Shown here piece by piece: positions 18,301 through 26,667 of a stretch of DNA of 60,865 nucleotides; the stretch's first letter is position 1; every line of letters begins with the position of its first letter. The DNA lies in the IMG/VR virus record IMGVR_UViG_3300025093_001645, positions 1 to 60,865 of that record; one strand, written 5' to 3'. The position numbers and the translations under genes were made by a program. This stretch comes from a virus (Duplodnaviria; Caudoviricetes). The notes beneath the pieces were generated by a model. It did no database searches. It was not told the DNA's origin and saw nothing but the letters and a program-made list of their open reading frames with translations.

Positions 18301-18392
18301 ATGGAAAAGGCAAAGATGATCTTAGGGAAACTTTTACTTCCAAAAAAGATCAGTTGCTTTTTGAAAGACTTACCAACAAATGGGCTAAATAA
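15315..18392 (+). CDS. Large helical acidic protein with a C-terminal HEXXH metallopeptidase-like domain
   Basis: ATG 15315 after GGAGG; GRHPKDMLRSISHELVHHAQ...EGEAY; Glu-rich tail. Confidence 0.75.
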   Translation: MNEKKNINEADIAAVARIRKLIDQQSDIEDKIELFAAEAQNLNDPQELFTNFDKIIKDLKRRLARLNAIFPTLNPVLDIVGRTNRLGIDDAGDIDDAESEIDRLTIDEEASSEADRRRQERARRRVRGRTRSILKTISFEDYIKNMGKVDYAELAREVEKSLLEGFTGLARRRIDPVVFFERNPSVVSDVRGIYQILSLANAIGIAVEDFRVKLRSAYADEGDADAFINRILTTDNQLLTDFRKEFAEIDFPELVKKQKRNFNDRFLVKLQGLSDVAAGGKQAADRQRRGELEAIAQASRKKKLREALLKEDEDLEAAMRELQSNPATATEQEISQMMRGEIPRAATTSELSDLRGIINSLITSYGSLKNWREEQSNNFKNRFIDLAKSDVQRATSQLEQVLNILLEQMTDILDDTLQNWSDKLIKFRSDKVIPAIIKARNENDEAMLNKTKAYNRELSKVLIDLSDIRKKFISKHKKIISEKPELYKIFLQTAESKLDITVKQRVNEFLENFAKIKSGEEPTDPTPSETESSDSLKDMPADKIYVALNQLANKGISADILINQFEDAIAKMYEDAGPLKDKFKEEDEPIILKIKNELAKILDGDFSNLINENKILLHPVTYNLILRTYNNLIQEALMGSMPERYINAIYQWLLLKDKYTPEKLNKFVSYIENSEKAEAKKILIAMIKQIKELRKIDQQPTKSEFKLSDQWQEVPEDAIMPPGVEYRMDLAGEKTYARLIKENCNIQNNSNVDVSQLENMISHFYPYVKEKLKFDKDATVRLITDPENAKNAWGKTAQYNPNTMEITIFVDGRHPKDMLRSISHELVHHAQNCRGEFDKTQALEQGYAQKDPHMRRMEGEAYLLGNGFLVRDFEDYIKSQRNQNLTENKKMKGLTNEQLQAVLENTIKRVMEESIVEEEVVEETEETLEEEVVEESQEDYERYTQQDSDFATGNPEQRRQKAAAAKAKKEKVVAEKKKGKNMVDCDGKMVPDYACDGKGKDDLRETFTSKKDQLLFERLTNKWAK

Positions 18393-18404
18393 GAGGTTAT
18401 AATT

Positions 18405-21400
18405 ATGGGTGGCGTTGCTGGACATATGTCTCATCTTTATGATAATCCAAATCTAAAATTTTCTACGATGATGGATATCTTTAAAGCTGCAGCTAATGGT
18501 GAACTTGAAGGAACAGAAAAAACTGACGGACAAAATTTGTTTGTTGGTTATAATGTTGCTGAAGGTAAAGCTAAGGCTGCTCGTAATAAAACAAATGTTA
18601 GACAAGGCGGCTTAGATGCTGCTGGTTTAGCACAAAAATTTGCTGGTCGTGGAACTGTTGAGCAAGCATTTAATGAAGCTTTTGAAACTTTTGAATTAGC
18701 AGCTCAATCATTACCAAGAAAAACTCAAAGACAAATATTTGGTGATGGTGTTAATAATATTATTTTTTACAATGCTGAAATTCAGGACCCAAGAAATGCA
18801 AACGTCATTAACTATGATAATAAACTTCTTAATATTCATAGAGTTGGTCATTTTGCCGTTGATTTAAGAACTGGTGAGATTTTAGATATTGATGTTGGTC
18901 CCTCGGCAGTTAAATTAGAAAATTCTTTAGATCAAATGCAAACAGCAATTGCAAACCAAGAATTTAAAGTTCAAATAAATGCAATGAGGCGTCTTGATGC
19001 TTTAACAGATGATAGACATTTAAATTATGCGCTAGATCGTTTAAATCGTATTTTAGATGACACTGGAATATCAGATAATCAAACAGTTGGAGAGTACGTT
19101 GTAGCTCGTATATTACCAGCTGTTAGAGATAAAATTAATTTACCAGAAGAAAAAGAAAATATGCTTGTCAAAAAAATATTAGGATTAAAAGGTATTAAAA
19201 TTCTTAATATTAAAAAAGATCTTGATATAGCGCAAAAAGAAATAATAGATATGTTAGTTTCGAACTCTAAATCAATTCTTCAAAATGCAATTCAGCCTCT
19301 AGAAGATATTGTTCATGATTTTTCTGTTGAAATGATCCGAGATCTTAAAAGTGCATTTATTTTAGATCAAGATCCCGAAGTTCAAAGATTAAGAAAAGAA
19401 ACAGATCAAGCAATTAAAGGTATTGAAGCTTCAGGAAACGAAGAAGCAATGGAAATTCTCCGTAAACAAATGCAAAAATTAAAAACCATTGAAAACGTTT
19501 CTACTGCAGCCGAAGGATTTGTTTTTGATTATGATGGATATACCTATAAATTTACAGGTAACTTTGCTCCAATGAACCAGCTTCTTGGATTGTTTAAGTA
19601 TGGACGCGGCAAAATTCCAGCAATGCAAATGTTGTCAGAAGCCGAGGGCGATGCGATTGAAAATGTTGTTGCTATCTATCCTGGTAGATTTCAGCCAATG
19701 GGAAGGCACCACGCAGAAGCTTTTAGGTGGCTTCAAAGTCAATTTGGTGAAGAGAACGTTTACATTGCAACCTCAAATAAAGTTGCTCCTCCAAAATCTC
19801 CATTAAATTTTGAAGAGAAAAAACAGGCAATGCTAGCTCAAGGAGTTCCAGAAAGCCAGATTGTACAAGTTAAGAATCCATACAAAGCAGAAGAAATTCT
19901 AGGCAGTTATAATCCAGAGACGACAGCTGTCGTTTTTATGGTTGGTCAAAAGGATATGAAAGAGGATCCTAGATTTAGAGTTGGAGAAAAGAAAAGTGGT
20001 GGACCCACTTATTTCCAAGAGTTTGAATCAAATATAAAAAATCTTAGACCTTTTGGCGAGCACGGATATTTGGTTGTTGCTCCTCACGTATCATTGGATA
20101 TCGCTGGATATGGTGAAATGTGCGGCACAACCTGTAGAGCAGCTCTTGCCGATGGTGATCGTCAATTGTTTGCAAATGTTATGGGCTTCTTCGATGAAGA
20201 TTTATTTAATCTCTTTAAACAAAAGTTTGAATCTGGTAAACTTAACGAGGAGGTAGAGAGAATGCCTCTCGGTATCTTTCTTCGGTTAATTGAAGAAGTA
20301 ATGCTTGATGAGAAAAAAACTAAAAAGCAAAAAAAACAAGCTAAAATATCTAAAAAAATTAAATTTCTAAAAGATAAAGAAGGCTTAACACAGAAACAAG
20401 CTGTTGGAAAAGCACTTGGAATGCTGGGCGAAGAAGAAGGCGAATTAGAAGAAGATTATACTAAAGATTTGGCAATATCAGATTCTGCTGGCCCAGGAAC
20501 AACATTTAAAGATGCATTCGAAGAGGCTAAAGAAGAAACAGAAGAGTTAGAAGAGATCTCTGCCGCAGGAGGCGCCTCACCTTCGGTTCAAGGACCTTCT
20601 GGGCCGGCCCATAGAAAAAGAGAAAATGAGACACTAATTAGAGAAGGGATGGAACTGATGAACAGACACGAAATATATGAAGAAATTCGCTTGCGTAAGA
20701 TTATTCGCGAGGGAATCAAGAAAATCAATCAAAAGATTGAAAATGAAAAAAAGCAAAAAGTTTTAGAAGAACAGCGTTTAAGAAAGATTATTCGTCGCTT
20801 AATAATTAATGAGGGAACAACAACTGGAGACACAGATCCTGCCCCTCATAGATCAACCGGGATTAATTTTCTTGAGAAACTTCTAAAAAATATTGTTCCA
20901 ACTCTAGAAGATGATTATAAGACACTTACTTCCGATGAAGATCAAAGAGAGTCTTTTAGAAATCATATTTTAAGAGCCATTGAGGATACAATTGAGCCCC
21001 TTAAAGTTACTTCCCAAGCTGGAATGACAGTTGCTCTAGCGGAAGAAGAATTAGAAGAACAAGATCTAGCCGTAAGAGTAGAAGATGATCCAGATTTTAT
21101 TGATATTCGCTCTGATAAAGAAATTGCAGATGAAGAGGCTGAACTATTAGACGAACCAAAAAGTCTTGAAGATGAAAAGGAAGAATTTGCAATTGAAGGA
21201 GAAAATGAAGTTGGAAGAAATGCGGCTTTTGACACATTTAAAAAGATCTCAAAACAAATTGTTTCCAAATATGATGAATTAAGCGGATCTCCAGAAGACC
21301 AAGATTTGTTTTATGATTATCTCTTGACAAATACTAAATTGTATTTTGACAAATTTGAAAATGATATGACACCGGTTGAAGAGCCGGCTAGTCCAGATTA

Positions 21401-21491
21401 TGATCCCACACAGATGGATAGGGAAGCAGAGAGTGCAGAAGTTGCGCCCGAGACAGTTAATCAAGAAAAAGAACTTGGTCTAGAACTCTAG
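18405..21491 (+). CDS. Multidomain protein: KxDG ligase-like N-domain, cytidylyltransferase-like domain, acidic scaffold-like tail
   Basis: TEKTDGQN...EGFVF...YKFTG; IYPGRFQPMGRHH and PLNFEEK; repeated RLRKIIR/LxE segments. Confidence 0.75.
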   Translation: MGGVAGHMSHLYDNPNLKFSTMMDIFKAAANGELEGTEKTDGQNLFVGYNVAEGKAKAARNKTNVRQGGLDAAGLAQKFAGRGTVEQAFNEAFETFELAAQSLPRKTQRQIFGDGVNNIIFYNAEIQDPRNANVINYDNKLLNIHRVGHFAVDLRTGEILDIDVGPSAVKLENSLDQMQTAIANQEFKVQINAMRRLDALTDDRHLNYALDRLNRILDDTGISDNQTVGEYVVARILPAVRDKINLPEEKENMLVKKILGLKGIKILNIKKDLDIAQKEIIDMLVSNSKSILQNAIQPLEDIVHDFSVEMIRDLKSAFILDQDPEVQRLRKETDQAIKGIEASGNEEAMEILRKQMQKLKTIENVSTAAEGFVFDYDGYTYKFTGNFAPMNQLLGLFKYGRGKIPAMQMLSEAEGDAIENVVAIYPGRFQPMGRHHAEAFRWLQSQFGEENVYIATSNKVAPPKSPLNFEEKKQAMLAQGVPESQIVQVKNPYKAEEILGSYNPETTAVVFMVGQKDMKEDPRFRVGEKKSGGPTYFQEFESNIKNLRPFGEHGYLVVAPHVSLDIAGYGEMCGTTCRAALADGDRQLFANVMGFFDEDLFNLFKQKFESGKLNEEVERMPLGIFLRLIEEVMLDEKKTKKQKKQAKISKKIKFLKDKEGLTQKQAVGKALGMLGEEEGELEEDYTKDLAISDSAGPGTTFKDAFEEAKEETEELEEISAAGGASPSVQGPSGPAHRKRENETLIREGMELMNRHEIYEEIRLRKIIREGIKKINQKIENEKKQKVLEEQRLRKIIRRLIINEGTTTGDTDPAPHRSTGINFLEKLLKNIVPTLEDDYKTLTSDEDQRESFRNHILRAIEDTIEPLKVTSQAGMTVALAEEELEEQDLAVRVEDDPDFIDIRSDKEIADEEAELLDEPKSLEDEKEEFAIEGENEVGRNAAFDTFKKISKQIVSKYDELSGSPEDQDLFYDYLLTNTKLYFDKFENDMTPVEEPASPDYDPTQMDREAESAEVAPETVNQEKELGLEL

Positions 21492-21529
21492 ACTATTTAA
21501 TATAAACCCCTTCTAGGAGAAAAATTAAA

Positions 21530-22318
21530 ATGAATAATATGAAGTTAATTATGGAGCGCTTTGATCGCTACGAAAAAGAAGTTTTGTTTGAGCAAAAGAT
21601 CAACGAGATCCAAGAAACAAATGAATTTAAGTTATTTGCTGAAGGGAAATTAGACAAAGAAGAGTTTAAATCTTTTCTTATCGAGGCATATGGCGAAGAA
21701 TTGGCCGAAGGTTTTTTGACGGACCTAGGCGGGAAGCTTAGAAAGCTTGGACTTAGCGCTGCAACAATTGCTACATTACTTGCTGGCGCGCCAGCAGATG
21801 TAAAGGCAGCCCCCTCAAGCCCCACAACACAAGTGGTAGCATCTGACGATCAAAGAATGCAAGACGTAGCTCAGTTTGTCTCAAACGCCCAAGACATCCG
21901 AGCGCTAGAATTATCACAATCAGGCGCCGGCGCAACAAAAGAAGATAAAAAAGCTCTAGAAGCTGCCGAAACAAAAATGAAAGATTTTCTTGTGGATCAA
22001 GGCGTCGGTGATAAAGGTCAGCAAAAATTAATGCAATTGTCAAAAAGTGGAGAAATAAGACTTGCAAAAGAATTATTTAAACAAATCTTAGAAAGAAAAG
22101 TAACCCCACCAGAAAGAAAAGGCGGAGAAGAGCAATCTAGAGCAAACTATAGAAACCAGATACTTGCTACTGCCGGCGGAGATAGTGGATTTGATGCTGA
22201 ATTAATTGACTTAGCTTTAGAGCAAAATCAAATTACTGATGATCAAGCAGAAAGCCTAAGACCTTTGGCAGGCAAAGCTAACCAAGGTGATGCAGTAGGA
22301 AATATTTTAAATCGTTAA
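21530..22318 (+). CDS. Hypothetical protein with MKLIMERFxxY tag
   Basis: SD AGGAG; N-terminus related to the MKLIFENWR tag; internal hydrophobic segment LGLSAATIATLLAG. Confidence 0.75.
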   Translation: MNNMKLIMERFDRYEKEVLFEQKINEIQETNEFKLFAEGKLDKEEFKSFLIEAYGEELAEGFLTDLGGKLRKLGLSAATIATLLAGAPADVKAAPSSPTTQVVASDDQRMQDVAQFVSNAQDIRALELSQSGAGATKEDKKALEAAETKMKDFLVDQGVGDKGQQKLMQLSKSGEIRLAKELFKQILERKVTPPERKGGEEQSRANYRNQILATAGGDSGFDAELIDLALEQNQITDDQAESLRPLAGKANQGDAVGNILNR

Positions 22319-22323
22319 TTTAA

Positions 22324-22683
22324 ATGTGGAAATTTAAAAGAAAAAAATATTCCAAACCCGGACAAGACTATTATTCTATCTCAAGCAAACTAAAGTCTGA
22401 AGCTAAAATTACAACTGACTTTGAAATTATGCTTTCTTCTTTGACCCTTGAAGAGATTATTGCGCTTCGTTTAGAATTAGCAGCAAATGCTGTAAACGGT
22501 AAACTCTATGGTCTAAACCTCTGGAAAGAACTGCCAACAATCGTAAAAGATGCTGTTTTGAAATATGCTCATAGCGCATGCAGAACAAAAAATGAAGCTG
22601 CAGCAATGTTGGGAATCAATAAAAATGAGTTGAGAAAACTTTTAAAACAGTTTGAAACAGAAAATTGGTTTATTAAAGATTAA
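22324..22683 (+). CDS. Fis-type HTH DNA-binding protein
   Basis: C-terminal TKNEAAAMLGINKNELRKLLKQF resembles the Fis/HTH_8 motif. Confidence 0.65.
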   Translation: MWKFKRKKYSKPGQDYYSISSKLKSEAKITTDFEIMLSSLTLEEIIALRLELAANAVNGKLYGLNLWKELPTIVKDAVLKYAHSACRTKNEAAAMLGINKNELRKLLKQFETENWFIKD

Positions 22684-22708
22684 CATTGTATAATTTGTGT
22701 GTTATATT
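22680..22708 (+). promoter_or_regulatory. sigma70-like promoter
   Basis: TTAACA, 17 nt, TATATT with extended TG; same hexamers as at 1208. Confidence 0.65.
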
Positions 22709-22733
22709 GGCTTTGTATTAAAGGAGGTCAATT

Positions 22734-22913
22734 ATGACTAATGCAGAACTTAATAAAACCGTTACAGCACAAAGAGAAACTATTGCTCACTTAACAAATA
22801 GAGTAAGCCAGCTTGTTGATGAGTTGGCTATCTTAAGAAGAGAAGTAGGTAATTTTAAGACTCAAGTGGCCAACGATATGAATCGCGTTGTAAAGACATT
22901 GCAGAGCAAGTAA
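22734..22913 (+). CDS. 59-aa coiled-coil protein (not in ORF track)
   Basis: Perfect SD AAGGAGGT; MTNAELNKTVTAQRETIAHLTNRVSQLVDELAILRREV... Confidence 0.75.
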   Translation: MTNAELNKTVTAQRETIAHLTNRVSQLVDELAILRREVGNFKTQVANDMNRVVKTLQSK

Positions 22914-22916
22914 GGT

Positions 22917-23237
22917 TTGGATATGTCTGAAGAATTAGAAGCGACAGAAGTAAAGCCAGCAAAATTAAACAAGCCGTGGAAAAAAGATTCATACCATCAA
23001 ACGTTTGAGTCGGCGGATGCAATTCGCAATAAACTACTGCGCATCTGGAAAGATGATGATAACCACAAAGGAATGCAAGTAAAAGTACATTATTTACCGT
23101 CTAGAGATCAATTCGTGGTTAAGACAAGATTGCATCCTGATTTTGAACCGGTCAAGGAAAAGAAAAATGTCAAACGTAGCAAAAAAAATAAAAGAAATAA
23201 TGGCGACGGAAAATTTGACACTCAAAGAAGTGATTAA
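22917..23237 (+). CDS. Hypothetical basic protein
   Basis: ORF in a co-directional cluster; the start is probably the ATG at 22923. Confidence 0.65.
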   Translation: MDMSEELEATEVKPAKLNKPWKKDSYHQTFESADAIRNKLLRIWKDDDNHKGMQVKVHYLPSRDQFVVKTRLHPDFEPVKEKKNVKRSKKNKRNNGDGKFDTQRSD

Positions 23238-23337
23238 AAAATATCCTCATTTAGCAGAAATGCACTTAGAAGAATACGTCATTGATGAAAAGATCTCTGA
23301 GATAAAAGAGAAAGATAAAAAATTATTGTTGGATTAA
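23143..23337 (+). CDS. Hypothetical protein
   Basis: Likely start MSNVAKK after AAGGA; overlaps the upstream gene. Confidence 0.6.
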   Translation: MNRSRKRKMSNVAKKIKEIMATENLTLKEVIKKYPHLAEMHLEEYVIDEKISEIKEKDKKLLLD

Positions 23338-23338
23338 G

Positions 23339-23524
23339 ATGAAAGACAAGTTATATTATTTTATTTTTTTTGATCAATTAACTCAAAGATCTGAAACTTT
23401 AGAGGTTAGAGCCAAAACGTTTGCGGAATCTTTGCCGGCAGCACACGTATATAAAACTGAACTAAACAAAAGGCATCCCAAGAGTAATTGGGACGTGATT
23501 AAAGTCAATAGTAAGTTGGCATAA
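23339..23524 (+). CDS. Hypothetical protein
   Basis: Tightly packed ORF in an operon. Confidence 0.65.
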   Translation: MKDKLYYFIFFDQLTQRSETLEVRAKTFAESLPAAHVYKTELNKRHPKSNWDVIKVNSKLA

Positions 23525-23806
23525 ATGGGAAAAAAGAAAAGTAAACATATTCCTCTGTTAAAAAAAATAACACAGGAAGAATCAACAGATTGTTTTATTG
23601 ATTATAATGTAGAGTTTGACTTTTGCCATTATGACAGTGATGTACAGACTGTATATGTGCGTGAACATATGGCTTCTCCAAATTCAGTAGAATTTTATAT
23701 GTTAGAAAAGCTACAAAAACGAATTCAAGAGATCAATCCCAGATATAGAGTGGGAATCATTTATACAGAGAAGACAAAAGAGGCGGAAGAATTTAATGAA
23801 TTGTGA
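23525..23806 (+). CDS. Hypothetical protein
   Basis: Tightly packed ORF in an operon. Confidence 0.65.
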   Translation: MGKKKSKHIPLLKKITQEESTDCFIDYNVEFDFCHYDSDVQTVYVREHMASPNSVEFYMLEKLQKRIQEINPRYRVGIIYTEKTKEAEEFNEL

Positions 23807-24014
23807 TAATCATTTTTATAGAGCAGCGATTAAAAGTTTTGAGGCACAAAGAGAAGAGGCGATCGCCACATTAGAATTATATTTTCAACACAGTGTAGGT
23901 ATTGCTGATCATTCTCAAATCTTAGATGAGATCAAAAAGTGGACCTCAAAATTAGCAGAAGCACAAGAAAACATAAAAGTTTTAAAAGAATATTTCTACA
24001 CTGATAATCAATAG
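23796..24014 (+). CDS. Small helical phage protein
   Basis: Helix, SVGIADHSQI loop, helix; tight packing. Confidence 0.7.
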   Translation: MNCDNHFYRAAIKSFEAQREEAIATLELYFQHSVGIADHSQILDEIKKWTSKLAEAQENIKVLKEYFYTDNQ

Positions 24015-24026
24015 GCTAATTATTAT

Positions 24027-24302
24027 ATGGGATTAGGCTTTACATCTAAAGAAGAAGAAGTCGAAGAAGAATATGTTCCATTATATCGTACCATTATAGA
24101 ATGTCCGTTATGCGGTGATAAAGAATTATATAAGTTATATAAAGGTACATGTACTTGCAAGAACATAGAAATTGACGTTGTAGAATCAATATCTAAAGTT
24201 CGACATATAGTAAAATCAACATGGACGCACTTTAAAGCAGTACGTTATAAGACAGAAAAACCATTAATCTATGAAGTTCTAATTGCTGACGAAGTTCCAT
24301 AG
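24027..24302 (+). CDS. Small Cys-cluster (zinc-binding) protein
   Basis: CPLCG...CTCKN. Confidence 0.65.
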   Translation: MGLGFTSKEEEVEEEYVPLYRTIIECPLCGDKELYKLYKGTCTCKNIEIDVVESISKVRHIVKSTWTHFKAVRYKTEKPLIYEVLIADEVP

Positions 24303-25013
24303 TTCTTCAAACGTTGAAGATACTGTAACATGATGAAAGTAAGCATAAACAGAGTGAGTAACGCCTATTATTTCACCTTTTCTATTCACTAGAGGGGATC
24401 CGGAGGATCCTCCCATTGCCGGCACACTGTAATATGCTCTATTGTCTGTGATGCCTAGAAAACGTCCTTCAAACGTCGGTACCATACCATCCCTAGCCAA
24501 CCCTCCCGGAGAGGCCACAGTGTATGTTTTTTCGCCATATACTGGCTTTTTATTGGACATCTTAAGGTAAGGCGCATCGATCTCCTCAACAGACATGATG
24601 CAGATATCATTTTGATGGTCAATTTTTATTGGTATGGCACCATATGAATTCCAACTATTGGCTTCAACTGTAGCAGCGAAATCATATAGTAGTTTCTGCT
24701 GGGTTATGTGTGCTACTGCGTTCATTCTTTCGCTTTCACATATGTGAGCAACAGTTAGGATGTGTTTTTTGCCTTTATACTTAATAACTGATCCCGAGCC
24801 CCAAGCTCCGCCTATCTTTTCTTTGGTGCACTCCTTTTCCTTTCCTTTATCAACGCAAGTTAGACTCCATACGGAAACTTCAATTTTCACAAAAGACCTC
24901 TTGGTTGTCTCCAAGAGCTTTTCCACTGGATCCATTGTTTGAATATTTGAGGTTGCGCAACTAGTTATGTTTGCAAGAAAAAATAATAGTATAAGAATTT
25001 TTAAGTATTTCAT
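24279..25013 (-). CDS. Trypsin-like (S1) serine protease, lipoprotein
   Basis: Lipobox ITSC; LTVAHIC (His), NDIC (Asp), GGSSGSP (Ser). Confidence 0.9.
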   Translation of the reverse strand: MKYLKILILLFFLANITSCATSNIQTMDPVEKLLETTKRSFVKIEVSVWSLTCVDKGKEKECTKEKIGGAWGSGSVIKYKGKKHILTVAHICESERMNAVAHITQQKLLYDFAATVEANSWNSYGAIPIKIDHQNDICIMSVEEIDAPYLKMSNKKPVYGEKTYTVASPGGLARDGMVPTFEGRFLGITDNRAYYSVPAMGGSSGSPLVNRKGEIIGVTHSVYAYFHHVTVSSTFEELWNFVSN

Positions 25014-25046
25014 AGTACTATAAATACTTGTGACAAAAGGAAAACA

Positions 25047-26357
25047 ATGAAAAAAACTTACGTGCTTGATACGAATGTATTCTTAACTGATGCTAAGTCT
25101 ATATTTTCATTCAACAATAACGATATCGTAATTCCATTAAAAGTTTTAGAAGAGATTGATAAACACAAAAAACGACAAGATGGAGTTGGATTAAACGCTA
25201 GAGCATCAATTCGCATATTAGATGAACTAAGAGAGAAAGGAAACCTACACAAAGGAATCCGCCTAGGCAAAGGAAAAGGCATTTTGTCAGTCAAAATGTA
25301 TGATCCTGAAATGATGCCTCTTGGTCTAGACGAAACCAACGCAGATAATCAAATTGTTACAACTGCGCTAACTGAAAAAAGAGATAATCCTAAAAGAAAG
25401 GTTATCGTTATCTCGCGAGATATCAATATGCGCATTAAATGCGACGCACTAATGATACCTTCAGAGGATTATATAGAGGATCAGGTAGTATCTAATGTCC
25501 AAGAGCTTTACGAGGGCTTTAAGAGCCATTTAGTTGACGATCAGATCGTAGATAGATTCTATGCTGGGGAGAATATCACGGATGAGGATATTGAGGGCAC
25601 CTTCAGTCCCAATCAATACATAATGCTGATATCAAACTCAAATCCAAAACATACTGCTTTGGCAAAATTTATTAACACCAATACTCCACTCAAAAAGATA
25701 AACGAGTACAAAAACAAAGGTATATGGGGCTTGAGAGCAAGAAATAAAGAACAAGCATTTGCTCTTGATATGCTAATGAACACAGATATCCCTGTGATTT
25801 CAATGATTGGCGCCGCAGGCTGTGGTAAAACACTTCTGGCTATAGCTGCTGGATTAGATCAGGTTTTAGAGCAGAATATATACAAGAAGCTTGTGGTATC
25901 GCGCCCTGTACAGCCGCTAGGCAAGGATATTGGTTTCTTGCCGGGAACCCTTGAGGAGAAAATGCATCCTTGGTTAATGCCGGTACAAGACAACCTAGAG
26001 TTCTTGATGGGAGATCGCAAAGATACAATGGCTCTAATGATGGAACAAGGCACAATTGAGATTGAGGCTCTCACTTATATTCGTGGTCGCTCTATTTCCA
26101 ATGCTTTTGTCATCATTGATGAAGCTCAGAATCTTACTGTTCACGAGCTTAAAACAATTGTCACAAGAATTGGCGAGAACTCAAAGATTATTCTCACTGG
26201 CGACATTGAACAGATTGATAACACCTATATTGATGCTACTTCAAATGGTCTTTCATACGCTATTGAGAAGTTTAAAGAACACGAAATAGCAGGGCACATT
26301 ACCCTACAGAAGGGTGAGAGATCAAGAGTGGCTACACTGGCATCAAAAATACTTTAA
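25047..26357 (+). CDS. phoH: PIN-domain PhoH-family ATPase (PhoH2-like)
   Basis: YVLDTNV PIN domain; Walker A GAAGCGKT; IGFLPG; YIRGRS; IIDEAQN; GDIEQID. Confidence 0.95.
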   Translation: MKKTYVLDTNVFLTDAKSIFSFNNNDIVIPLKVLEEIDKHKKRQDGVGLNARASIRILDELREKGNLHKGIRLGKGKGILSVKMYDPEMMPLGLDETNADNQIVTTALTEKRDNPKRKVIVISRDINMRIKCDALMIPSEDYIEDQVVSNVQELYEGFKSHLVDDQIVDRFYAGENITDEDIEGTFSPNQYIMLISNSNPKHTALAKFINTNTPLKKINEYKNKGIWGLRARNKEQAFALDMLMNTDIPVISMIGAAGCGKTLLAIAAGLDQVLEQNIYKKLVVSRPVQPLGKDIGFLPGTLEEKMHPWLMPVQDNLEFLMGDRKDTMALMMEQGTIEIEALTYIRGRSISNAFVIIDEAQNLTVHELKTIVTRIGENSKIILTGDIEQIDNTYIDATSNGLSYAIEKFKEHEIAGHITLQKGERSRVATLASKIL

Positions 26358-26382
26358 CAAAAGTATTTGCTTTTGCTAGAGT
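26354..26382 (+). promoter_or_regulatory. sigma70-like promoter candidate
   Basis: TTAACA, 17 nt, TAGAGT with extended TG, upstream of the 26413 operon. Confidence 0.45.
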
Positions 26383-26412
26383 TGGTATCTATCCATACTA
26401 AAAGGAAATAAA

Positions 26413-26667
26413 ATGAATATACAAGAAGAAAATAACCCTCTTTTGATGGAAGTTCCAATGCCAGATACAGAGTTAAAAAGATGGCTAGTTGAGTACGTTG
26501 GAAATTCATTGGGCCCAAAAGATGGTAATGTGACAGTTGAAATGATTGTCAACGTGATGGCTGAGGAATTTCCTGAATTTTTATTAGTTGTCGCTGAAGA
26601 GAACTTCTTTAGAGGCTATGAACAGGCATTAACTGATTTAAACATAGAAGATGAACAAGATACTTGA
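26413..26667 (+). CDS. Hypothetical acidic protein
   Basis: SD AAGGA; first gene of a long + strand operon. Confidence 0.75.
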   Translation: MNIQEENNPLLMEVPMPDTELKRWLVEYVGNSLGPKDGNVTVEMIVNVMAEEFPEFLLVVAEENFFRGYEQALTDLNIEDEQDT

